Shown piece by piece: positions 52,778-63,664 of a stretch of DNA of 64,000 nucleotides; the first letter of the stretch is position 1; every line of letters starts with the position of its first letter. The DNA is from Amoebidium appalachense (Eukaryota; Protista; Ichthyosporea): assembly GCA_963693365.1 (NCBI GenBank), contig CAVNZM010000008.1, forward strand, positions 3,253,572 to 3,317,571. The letters run 5' to 3'. The notes beneath the pieces are model-generated. The model saw nothing but the letters and a program-made list of their open reading frames with translations. It did no database searches and was not told where the DNA came from. A program made the translations under genes and the position numbers.

Positions 52778-55700
52778 ATGCATAGAGAGAGAAATAGAGA
52801 AGAAACCCAGGCCATTTTGAAAAGATAAAATCTGGGAGCTCATCACGCGGGCGTCGCGATCGATGCGCGCCGATCAAATCTGGGATGCATATGTGCCAAA
52901 ATGCACCAGATTTGATCATCTGTGCTACCGTCGGCGGTGCGGTGCCATCCAGATTTGATCGTAACACCGCATCCTGGTCATAGCACGATGCCCACTGGTT
53001 GCACGCGACAAAATCTGGCATGATTCGGCCCCGATCGGATTGGCTAGCAGCGATCCCAAAAAGGCAAGTTTTATCGATAATTACGATTGGCGGCTTCCTT
53101 GCAGTAGAAATGTCGTAACACTAACTATATATGGGTTTTCAATTAACCAATCACATGCGGCAGATATCAAGGTACTGATGCGGGACAATGATATATTTGG
53201 TAAATACTCATTTTATCCACCAATCGGAAGAAGATGGTGTGATGATTGTGACGTAGATATACATCGAGCCACCCCAGACACGGAAGCTCCCCAATTCAAT
53301 AAATATCACGATGTAAATGGGGCTTCCGGGACCTGGCGTCCTCAGTCTTTTCCTTGTCCAAAACATAAGTCTTGTCTACGAACGCTGTGACCATCCGTTC
53401 CCCATCCGACTTTCATCCGTGTTCAAATTCATATTCCCATCACATTTCGATGTCGCATGGTAGCAGAAAAGGAAGGTCTCACTCGGGGGTAACCAGGTAA
53501 ACACACTTCCACACGCGGGTTCTGCTAGCATGCTACGATAGCTCATTTTTACGGACGGATGGTCACAGCTGTCCACGGATAACTACGGATACACGAGGAT
53601 GCATTTGCTTACTTATTTGGACGTCGCCCCGCAATGAGGCCATTTTTTTGCAACAGCCATGTCATTTTTTATATTGTAGCACACACAACTCGGTTTTCGC
53701 ACCAGCCCATTTCTCATGAGCGCATCATCTTTTCCCATTTTCCACACACGACCACACAGTGATCGGCAAGTTTTGGTCCTGATACTTTGTGCGTATAAGC
53801 AAAGCACGAGAAACACCACCCCCGTGTGCTGCTAATCCCGCATAATGCGTGCCGGCCAGACACTAAGCCCAGCACACGTTTGCCGGAGGGTGTGAGTCTC
53901 GGACTTAAAGTTTGCTTGTGCCCACACGGTGGTTAAGATCACTACCTGACAATCACTAGAGTCGTGTGTTTTCCTTCAGTCTGAACAGCCGTCGTTTGCG
54001 CAAACTACGTGTATATACCCAATCACGATATATTTCAACATGTACATCCGGAAGATCTATGTCTGCTTCTCGCTCTTGCTCGCCTCTGCTTACATGTTTT
54101 GCTTTGGTCACGTTGTGTACCCACGTGAGGTCATCCTCAGAGGCACTGCAGCCCGCCCACGTGTGGTTAGCCTAGGATGGCTTGGAGGTTTGCCTGTCCC
54201 TGACATACACTGTGACGCCCCCGGGCCCTACCCCTAGTATGCATCCACATGCTTATATGTTTTTGGCACCCACGTACTAGTAGCCTTATCCATGTATGAG
54301 GACACACACTATCCTTCTCTTGTGCGCTTAACATGTGACGTAGATATACATCGAGTCACGGTGTCGTATCCTAACGTGCGTGTACTAAGAGACACGGCAC
54401 TCTACTAAGTGTACCCACACGGGAAGGAACGAACGTGTACAGAAAAACGGTAAAGTTTATTTAGACCAGGCTCCGACGGGCAAAACTGAGATCCAAACGG
54501 AATCCAGCTAAGTCACAACTGAGGCAATCAAGGCCGTGCCCTACAAGATCATCATCACCTGGCCCCCTACGATGCCACATTCCATACATTTCGATCTAAC
54601 TCTATCGTGCGCCTGCACGGGCTAAGTCGATCGGCTCACACTAATATATAAATATCTAAGTCTCACCCCTCTCCCTTCCCCTAGTGGCACCGCAGAGTCT
54701 AATTATACATTTCATACTATTCCCCCCCCCCCCCCCGCCCCCCCCCCCCCTCCCTCCTCTACTCCTTCCTATACACCGAAATATATAAATACGTTTGGCA
54801 GCATACACTATCAAAACTTGCCAATATTTACAAAGGGCTTCTGCCCGAACTTATCACATTCCAAAGTCCTCCTATGATCTATCCTACACACTAATTAGAA
54901 TTCTATTGGTTGGCTGCCCCGGCTGACGTGGTCCTGCCCTGCGCCGGCAGAGGCAAGATGCTCGCAGCTGTACAGCTATCTTGAGGCCCCGGACTTGATC
55001 TTGATGATCTGTGGACCCGGGCCACCCCTCCCCCCCTCCCCCCCCCCCCCCCCCCCCCCCCCCGATCTCGATCGTAGACTTAGGCTGATCTGCTGAGACG
55101 GATTAGTATATTGTAAACAGTTGGACTAGTTAGGATAAGGCAGAGTACAACTGAATCAAAATAAAGACAGAGAACGGGTAGAAAGGCACACGCGGCCAGG
55201 TTGCTTTTACTATGGGCCGACTCAGTCTGTCTCAGACTTCACTGATGTGATCCCCGTACTGGGACGGCTTTGTTATATAGCCCCCAGGTTTCGGATCAAG
55301 GCCCAGGATTGGTTCATCCGCGGCCAGCGCGGGTGGCAACATGCCATTCGTGATTCTGGTGCGGTCCGAGCCAGTCAGACCTTTGTCCTATTTATGCAAA
55401 CCTCTTATTGGTTCACTTCGTTTATGTGGTATGCAGCGGAAGAACCATATATGGTTCAATTCTTAGGTCAGAGTGAGTCCTATTGGTGCGGACATAATAT
55501 TTATGTGATATTCATGACAAAGCACGAATCGTGTGCTAGTAGATCACATTCTTTAGTAAACATGTACAGTTCATGTGTACAGTTGTTTACACTCCCCCCC
55601 TTGTCGGGAGCCTGGTGGTGTCGTTAGACAAGCAAACCACCAGGCTGAGAGGCGATAAACAACCTTCAGCGAGAATTCTTGTGTGTGCCGAGCTGCTGGA

Positions 55701-56934
55701 CAGAACAGAGCAAGGACGGTGGAATAGAGTTGTGCACGTCTATGAGCACTTCTTCATTTGCCAAAACACAAATTCATGCAGCATTCTTCTGTGTTTTCAT
55801 TTTCGTGGCGAAGATTGTTGCAGAGTGTGCGTGCGAATTGTTCGCTTCGTCTCTGTGCTTGGCTTTTTCTGTAGAAGTAATATTTTCCTTTTTTAGGTGT
55901 TTTTCCTTTTTAGGAAACTCCCGCAGATTCGTTTTCAATTGCGAGTAATTTAGTTGTGTGGATGAATGATCATACCAAACATTCGATAATGAATATAACT
56001 CAAGCCTTAGGTCATTTCGTAGCTCAGGTAGTGGTGGATAGCTTCAAGGCTTAGCCACTGCTCCTTATCCCGGTTCTACCTTAAGATTATAAAGCGAGTC
56101 GCCATGGCCAGAAAAGCCACTTCTTTCATGAACAAATAGCACTTCTTTCCTTTCAGCTTTAACCCTGCATCATCGGAGCTGGGAAAAGCATGAATAAAAA
56201 TGCCCAAGTGCTCTTCGTTGGGCGACATAAAGAAATATATCAGCCCGTCAGAATTCGAACCAGTAAAAACCCGGTTCATAATTCATAAGAAGAGGGTAGG
56301 CAAAGCAAACCTTCTTCAGAAAACACATGCTTCCATTCGTGAGCAGTTTTCGTATCCCATTTGCCAGCCATTTTCGTTGAGCAGGGTGATTCCAGGCATA
56401 ATACATTCTTCTGGAGGCTTGGCCTAAAAAGAAAAGTCGTCACAGTCGCCCTTTCTTTTGTAAGCAACTTCGTGAGCGCGCTTCGTGTTTTCATGTCCTC
56501 CAGTGCAGGTCTGGATGGTGCCCCATCCTCTGCTTCATTTGTAGGTGGCCCTACTGTTGGTTCTGTTCGTTGTGTGGAAAACCAAAACCATTCGTGTTCG
56601 TGGAACTGCTTTGTGCTGTGCTTTCTTTCGTGTTGGTGTTCATGAAGTTACCCCGTTCACACACCCTACTTCTTACATACATTAGATGTAAGTAGCTGCC
56701 TGGTGAGTGTGTGGTTCGTGTTCGTGGCATTCTTCTGTTCCTTCGTGAGAAGAATATTCGTTTTAGCAGAGGTGCCCAATAAGGCAGCTTGTGGGGTTGT
56801 CTCCCGCATGTGCCCATTGGTGGGGTATGCACGTGCTAAATTGTTACAGTGTCATCATATTGCAAGGGAATAACATGGTCACCTCTGTACCAGGGCCTAG
56901 TAGGTACACATGATGGTCCGATGTGTTACTACAT

Positions 56935-57007
56935 TAAGGGGCGCGGCACCCCACGTTAGTGACGTCACAAAGTGTGACGTCACTAACGCAGGGTGGCGCA
57001 CCCCTTA
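56935..57007. repeat. 73-nt imperfect palindrome (35-bp arms, 31/35 matched, 3-nt loop) with two TGACGTCA
   Basis: taaggggcgcggcaccccacgttagtgacgtcaca-aag-tgtgacgtcactaacgcagggtggcgcacccctta. Confidence 0.95.
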
Positions 57008-57261
57008 GGATATGGCAGATATGCATATGGGATATGGCGATATGCAGTATGATATGGGTGTATATTGTGATTAGGATATGGATATGGGTATGGATATGTA
57101 CAGGAGCACGTGCACACACTGTGTGTGTGTGCATAAACACGTGCAGAGCACGTGGATTTAATTAAAATATTAAAGGGAAAACGTGTCATGTGTGCGCGTG
57201 CACGCACGCGCACATGCGACACGTACACAGTTCTGAGATCAAAGGAATGCGACGGTGTGCA

Positions 57262-57471
57262 CAAGGCGGCCAATGAGAATTCGAATTCCGAATTCCTTGT
57301 ACAAGGCGGCCAATAGTAATGCGGATGCACAAGGCGGCCAATGATAATTCGGTTCCAAAAAGCCAGTTGCCGCACAAGGCGGCCAATGAACATTAAGATA
57401 GCACATTCCATTTCCAAGGCGGCCAATGAGCGCCCGGATCGGTCAACCTGGGTTTCCTATTGGCCGCCTTG
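57262..57471. repeat. Six exact 13-bp iterons CAAGGCGGCCAAT (five direct, one inverted)
   Basis: At 57262, 57302, 57330, 57375, 57415, and inverted at 57459-57471. Confidence 0.95.
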
Positions 57472-57597
57472 TGTAAACAATGGTGGCGCACTTACGCACG
57501 CACAGGATCATTATTTTGCGTTCTGTTTATTGATGTTTTTGCTGCCGGCGCTGCCTGGCAATTACATTGTGGCTAAGATCTAAGATTACTGTTCAGG

Positions 57598-60500
57598 ATG
57601 TTAGACGACAGCCAGGAAGGTTTCATAGAGGACCTGCTGCGGGCACTGGATGCCGACCCGCAGCAGGCCCTGCAAGCCAACCCGTTTCTGCAGGCCCTGC
57701 AGGGCCCACCACCCCCACCCCCACCCCCTCCCCGGCCTCCCCCCTGCCCCCGCCCCCATCAACCACCCAGATGACCCCCAGATCATTGCCATGCCAGCCG
57801 AGGGCAACTGGCAGCTGCGTTCACGGGTGGATGACATGCAGGCAAGGGGGTTGGGCGTACGCGGCCACACCCTCGAGTACCAACCCCTGCGCACCATGGA
57901 CGTCACCGAGTTCCCCCAGTTCTTTGCAGCTATGCTGTTTGATGCCATCGCCCGTGCAGATGTGCAGGTGGGGGACATGATCATCGTACGCATCATCAGC
58001 TTGCACGTGCAGGCCAATGGTGTGGACAACCAGGTGGGGGATGACGGCAACCCCAACGCCGATGTCACCAACCGTCGTGTGTTTACGGCAGGCCCCATGG
58101 ACGTGTTCAACGGTGATGTGAATGCCGTGGTGCTCAAGCTGATGGAGAACATACGCCAACGCACCCAGAGTGCAGCCGAGACCTTTATGGACGGGCGATC
58201 CAGTGTGCATCTGACCGTGGTCCGGCCCAAGGACATGGTGAGGAAGGGTGCCTGCGGGTCCCTGTCCACCCTCACAGGGGTGACAGCCCAGTGGCTGCGG
58301 GAGCTGGTGGAGGCCAAGGCCGTGGTGGATGTGACCACCCTGGTGAAGGCAGCCTGCAGCAGCAACGACCCGCAGGTGACAGGGGAGAAGGAGCTTGACC
58401 ACCATCAGCTGCTTGAGATTGCCGACGGCCCCTCCTGTGCCCAGCTGTGCCTGGTGTACTGTATGGCAATGTGGGTCAGCAAGGCAGCCAACAGCAACGA
58501 GAACGGCAGCCTGCCCTCCGAGCACACTCGTAAGAACCTGGGCAATGGGGGTGACCTCATGAAGCTCAAGGACCACCACGTGCTGTGCCACCTACTGGAC
58601 CCTATGGATGTGATTGGTATTGGCAACAAGGCTCTGGGTAGGTCTGTGTCTTCCGGCTGTGGGGTGTGCAACCTGCAGCAGCCACCCATCAACCCAAGGA
58701 GCAACTTCCAGGACCGTTACCTGCGCAGGCTGGCAAGGGCCACCCGCCGGCTGTGGGCCAAGTACAAGCTGCCTGTGCCTGCAGAGGACGGGCTGACGGT
58801 GGATCAGTTGGGTGCAGCCGTGGATGCCCTCAACATGCAGATTGCCAGTGAGACCCAGTCAGTCACCCGTCTACGGCTGGTGGTGGTGGACCTGGACAGC
58901 AAGGGTAGGGTGGCAAGAAGGTACGGGGACGTGAGCTCGGCCCTTCCCCCCGGCAAGCTGTGCACCATGTACCTTGGCCACTCCCAGAAGCTGGGCCACT
59001 TCACGGCCATCCCCTCCAATGTCAGCAACACCATCGAGCGCCTGCGCAACGGCAACCACACGGGGGCCGTACGTCGGAGCCTCAGCACCTGCTTCCACTG
59101 CAACCAGACCGTGCAATCCAAGAACATGGGGGTGCACCGTTGTGTGAACCGGTGTGGGAACTGTGGATCAAAGGGGAACCACATCGACCAGGCAGATGCC
59201 TGTGTGTGGACCCCCGGGCGCCGTGTGGAGCTAGCACGGGTGGGGGAGGATGCATGGCCTTACCGTTGTGACGACTGCTGTGGCCTCTTCCCTTCGGCCA
59301 GGTGCATGGCCAACCACAGCACCAAGCTCAAGGGGGCCGGGGCCAGGGCCGACGGCCGGCAACAATCCTTCTGTGACACCGTGTTCTGGTGCCGGCTGGC
59401 CACGTGCACCCACGGCCTGCAGGGGTACAGGATGATTGGCAGTGGAGATGATGCCCTCAGGGTGTGTGTGTCGGGCAATCCTGCCGGCCGGTTCTTCTAC
59501 AAGTTCAAGTATGCCAGCGTGCGCCGTCTACGCCGGCTGCACACTGCCCAGGAGCAAGGGGGGTACGATGCAGGGGCAGATGCAGGCTCCAACGACGAGG
59601 GGGAGGACTGGGACTATGCCACGGACACGGAGGGGGAGGACTCCGACACAGGCACAGACCCCCCACCCTGCCTTGTCGAGTCGTCAGACGACGAGGGTGA
59701 GAGTGATGACGAGGATGATGCCGTCGACCTCATGCAGATGTCTGAGGGGGAGGGGGAGGGGGGTGAGGGGGGTGAGCACGGGGCCAAGAAGGACGACACG
59801 TGGACACAACACCTGTGCACCGACTACGCCTGCAAGGGCTGTGGGGGCTATATGCCCGGCAACCACACGTGCCTCATACGTAGCAAGCTCAGTGGCCAAC
59901 GGCGTGTGTATATGTGCACACACACGGATGCAGACGGTGCGGTGTGTGACAGGCTGGCATGCTTCTCCAACGAGCAGGGGGAGGGGGAGGAGGGGGGAGA
60001 GTCACCTGCACGGCAGAGGGTCAGGGTGGATGCTGCCGGCAGCAGGGTGGGTGCACACGTGTGCAAACGGCACGTGCCCGACAATGACGGCAGCGGACCC
60101 GGGGGTGTGTGGAAGCAGACCAGGCAGCCCATCAGGGACATTGTGCTGGACTTTGAGACCATGCCGGTGCCAGCCCCCGACCACACACCCGACAACCCCC
60201 ACTTCATCCACATTGTGTACCTTGCTGTGGCCATGTACGTCGAGCCGTCAGATGGCCAACCGACTGGCCCCATCATCTTCTGGCCGGAGCCCTCGGCCGA
60301 CGGCAAGGACGCCTGGGACGTGTTGATGGACGACAACCACCACGTGATTGACAAGGTGGTCAAGTGGCTGTTTGACACCCCTGCCCACGCCGGTGGCCGG
60401 GTGTTTTGCCACAACGGCAGTGGCTTCGACTTCCACTTTGTGACCAAGAGGGTGGTGGGCAGCCAGGACTATGTGTACGTGCCCATCATGACCAACAGCA

Positions 60501-63157
60501 AGATCAAGTCCTGCCGTATACGTCACTACCTCAAGGGTGCCGGTGCAGCAGACCCCGAGCCCATACCCATGCCGGTGGATGGTGATGGCCATGGTGATGT
60601 GCAGCAGCAGGCAGCAGCAGCAGCAGCAGCAGCAGCAGGCACCGGCCACAAGAGACGGCACGGGGGGGAGAGGGGGGCGGTAGCCGTACCACGGTGGTGG
60701 AGCTGACGTTCGTGGACACCCTCAACTTCCTCACCATGTCCCTGTCAGATGCGGGCAAGGCCATGGGGTGTGAGGAGACCAAGGGCCACTTCCCCCACCA
60801 TGCAGCCACCTTTGCCAACTTCAAGGCCGGTCACATCCCCTTCCCCGGGCCCGAGGACTTTGGTGCCCAGGACATGAAGCCCAGACAGCATGCTGCCTTC
60901 ATGCAGTGGTGGCACGAGGAGCAGGCACGTCTGCTTGAGGGGGCCCCGGCAGCCACGTGCTACGACATTGTGCAGCAGTGTGAGGACTACTGTGTCAAGG
61001 ACGTGGTGCTGCTGCAGCAGGTGGTCAAGGCCTTCATGTCCAAACTCATTGAGCTGACGGGCATCGACCCCTTCACGTGTGTGACCCTTGCAGCACTGGC
61101 CATGCACTTCTGGATCTCACAGGCCATGCCCAAGGACGTGGCTGTGCTTCGAGACCAGACCATGGGCAACGTCAACAGCAGCAAGAAGGAGCAGGAGTAC
61201 ATCGACTACGTCACCCACGGGCTGGGGGTGGGGCCCGACGACATTGCACGGCACGAGGCCACCGGGTACGGCCCCCACGGGCGGGCCACGGCCGATGCCA
61301 AGGCCACCCACGACGACGGCACGTGCACCTACTACTTCTTCCACGGGTGTGTGTTCCACGGGTGCCCCGAATGCAATATGCACGAGGATCTGACGATGAG
61401 GGTGGTGAAGAGGTCGGCCAAGGAGGCCTACGACAGCACCATGGGCCACGAGAGGTACATCCGTGCCCAGGGGCACAAGGTGCAGAGCATGTGGGAGTGC
61501 AGGTGGGACAGGCTTCGGCAGAGCCCGGAGGTGAAGGCAGCACTTGCAGCACAGGCAGCACGGAGGGAGGGCACCGGCAGGGTGGCCCCCGTGCCCACGG
61601 GCCCGGTGCAGTTCCGTGATGCCTTCTTTGGTGGCCGTACGGAGGTCATCACTCGTCACATCGAGGTCAAGGAGGAGGACTGGCCACAGGCAGGGCTCAA
61701 GTACGTCGACGTCACGTCCCTCTACCCGTACGTGATGATTGACAAGTACATGCCGGTGGGCAAGTCACAGTGGTTCACGTCACTGCCCATCAAGCCGGAG
61801 GACCACCCCTCGGTCATCGTCACGGACCCCCAGGTGCTCAAGGAGAGGCTCGACAAGACGTGCCGTATGACCCCCGGCTCCTCCAAGGCCAGGACCAAGG
61901 GGTACTTTGGTGTTGCACGTGTGAGGGTGCTCCCCCCCAAGGACCTGTTCATCCCCGTGCTGCCTGTGCGTATGACGGGTGCCCAGGGGTACGACAAGCT
62001 GGGCTTTGTGCTGTGCAGGGCCTGCAGCAGCAAGGAGGAGGCCCAGGCCACCTGCATGGACGAGGAGGGCAACCCCCGGGTGCGTGAGCATGTGCAATGC
62101 ACACACACGGACGAGGAGAGGGCACTGGTCGGCACGTGGACGACGGAGGAGCTGAAGGTGGCCTGTACGTGATGGGTACACCATCCTCGATGTGTACGAT
62201 GTGGTGCATTTCAAGAAACGCACCAAGAACCTGTTTCGGAAGTACGTGCAGACCTTCCTGAAGGTGAAGCTCACCAGCACCACCGTGGATCCTGCCGACA
62301 TACCCGCCCTCGTGCACCTGTTCAAGGAGCACTACGGCATCACGGTGACGGCCGACGAGTTCAGCCCCAACCCTGCCCTTCGTACCATCAGCAAGCTGTT
62401 TTTGAACAGCCTCTGGGGCAAGCTGGTGCAGAGGGCAGGGCTCGACACCATCGAGTTTGTCGACGATGTCGATCGGCTGAGTCTGCTGGTGACCAACCCC
62501 AACATCTTGGTGCTGGACGTCGAGCCCATCGGCGAGCAGAGGGTGGCCATCAAGTACAGGCCCAAGAAGGAGACGGCCCCACCCCCCTCCTACGCGAACA
62601 TCGCCATCGGCACGTTCGTGACGGCCCATGCACGGCTGCACCTCTATGGTGCCCTCCGGTCCCTCTCCCCCCAGCAGGTGGTGTACATGGACACGGACTC
62701 CATCGTCTACCACTACGACAGCAGGGTGCCCCACCTCAGCCACAACATCGACTCCACCAACGGGGACTTGCTGGGCAACTGGAAGAACGAGACCACCGCC
62801 CCCATCGTCGAGTTTGTTGGAGTGGCCCCCAAGACCTATGCCTACCGCACCCAGGACGGCAAGACCGACGTCAAGGTCAAGGGCATCACCCTCTCCCGTC
62901 GTGCAGCCGACATGGTGAACCTCCCCAGCCTCCGTATGCTGGTGCACGGGGAGATGCCGAGTGTGAGTGTCACCAACCACCGGCTGCTGCGTGAGCCCGT
63001 GCCCGGGGTGCCCCACAACTACCACCTGGCCAGCAAGGACCAGAGGAAGACACAGTCGGAAGCCTTCGACAAGAGGGGGGTGTTTGAGGCAGCCGACGGC
63101 AGTGTACGCAGCTACCCCATTGGGTGGGCAGCACCGGAGGGGACTCTGCAGTTTTGA
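57598..63157 (+). pseudogene. polB: Protein-primed family B DNA polymerase (Polinton/Maverick type), ~1850 codons, frameshifts at ~57740, ~60670 and ~62164
   Basis: ExoI VLDFET, ExoII HNGSGFDFHF, FVDTLNF..KGHFPH, ExoIII YCVKDV, FFGGRTE, motif A DVTSLYP, GTWTTEEL, motif B KLFLNSLWGK, motif C YMDTDS, APKTYAY, KVKGIT; Cys/His-rich N-terminal region typical of Maverick PolB. Confidence 0.95.
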
Positions 63158-63664
63158 GTGGGGGAGGGCCCGGGAGGGGGAGGGAGGGGGAGGGAAGGGG
63201 AAGGGTTAGTTAGCATTTTAAGTTAAAGTATGCAATTTTTAAATCAAAGTTAAATCAAAGTATCAAAGTATGCAGGGAATACGTTAGGGTAGACATGAAA
63301 ATTATATGGGGTGTCTGTTAACTTAGCTTCAGAAAAAAGGAAAAATGGGGTGCAGTGTGCATGGGAAAGGGGGTCAGAAGAAAAACTTAAAGAAAAAGAC
63401 GGTGTTTTTGGGCATACACCACGTGCACCGTATGCATGAGGGGAAGCAGCAAATAAAATCAGAGTTTAATGCAAACACAAACCCTTCCAATGTGGCCTTG
63501 GGCAGAAGCATGAACACCAACAACAGCACCATACATGCATACAAGGGGGGAGACTTGCCAAAAAGAGCAGGCACCAGCACATATAAAAGGCACACACATG
63601 TGCAAAGATACCTCACTTTTTCCAACACGAAAACAGGCAACACACGAAAAAATCAAAATTAAAA

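Noticed and set aside
53040-53390. 116-aa ORF and neighbouring short ORFs (53376-55948)
   Set aside because: Several have non-ATG starts; no recognisable motifs or consistent splice model.
57262-57427. CRISPR-like appearance of repeated CAAGGCGGCCAAT with unique spacers
   Set aside because: Repeats are only 13 bp, spacing is irregular (28-45 bp), one copy is inverted, the context is eukaryotic and there are no cas genes.
60660-60706. Programmed ribosomal frameshift or genuinely split polymerase
   Set aside because: No canonical slippery heptamer or stimulatory structure was evident; the breaks fall inside conserved domains and are best explained as indels.
57601-63025. Long antisense and alternate-frame ORFs over pPolB (e.g. 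57821-58591, 61949-63025)
   Set aside because: Shadow ORFs caused by high GC3 codon bias.
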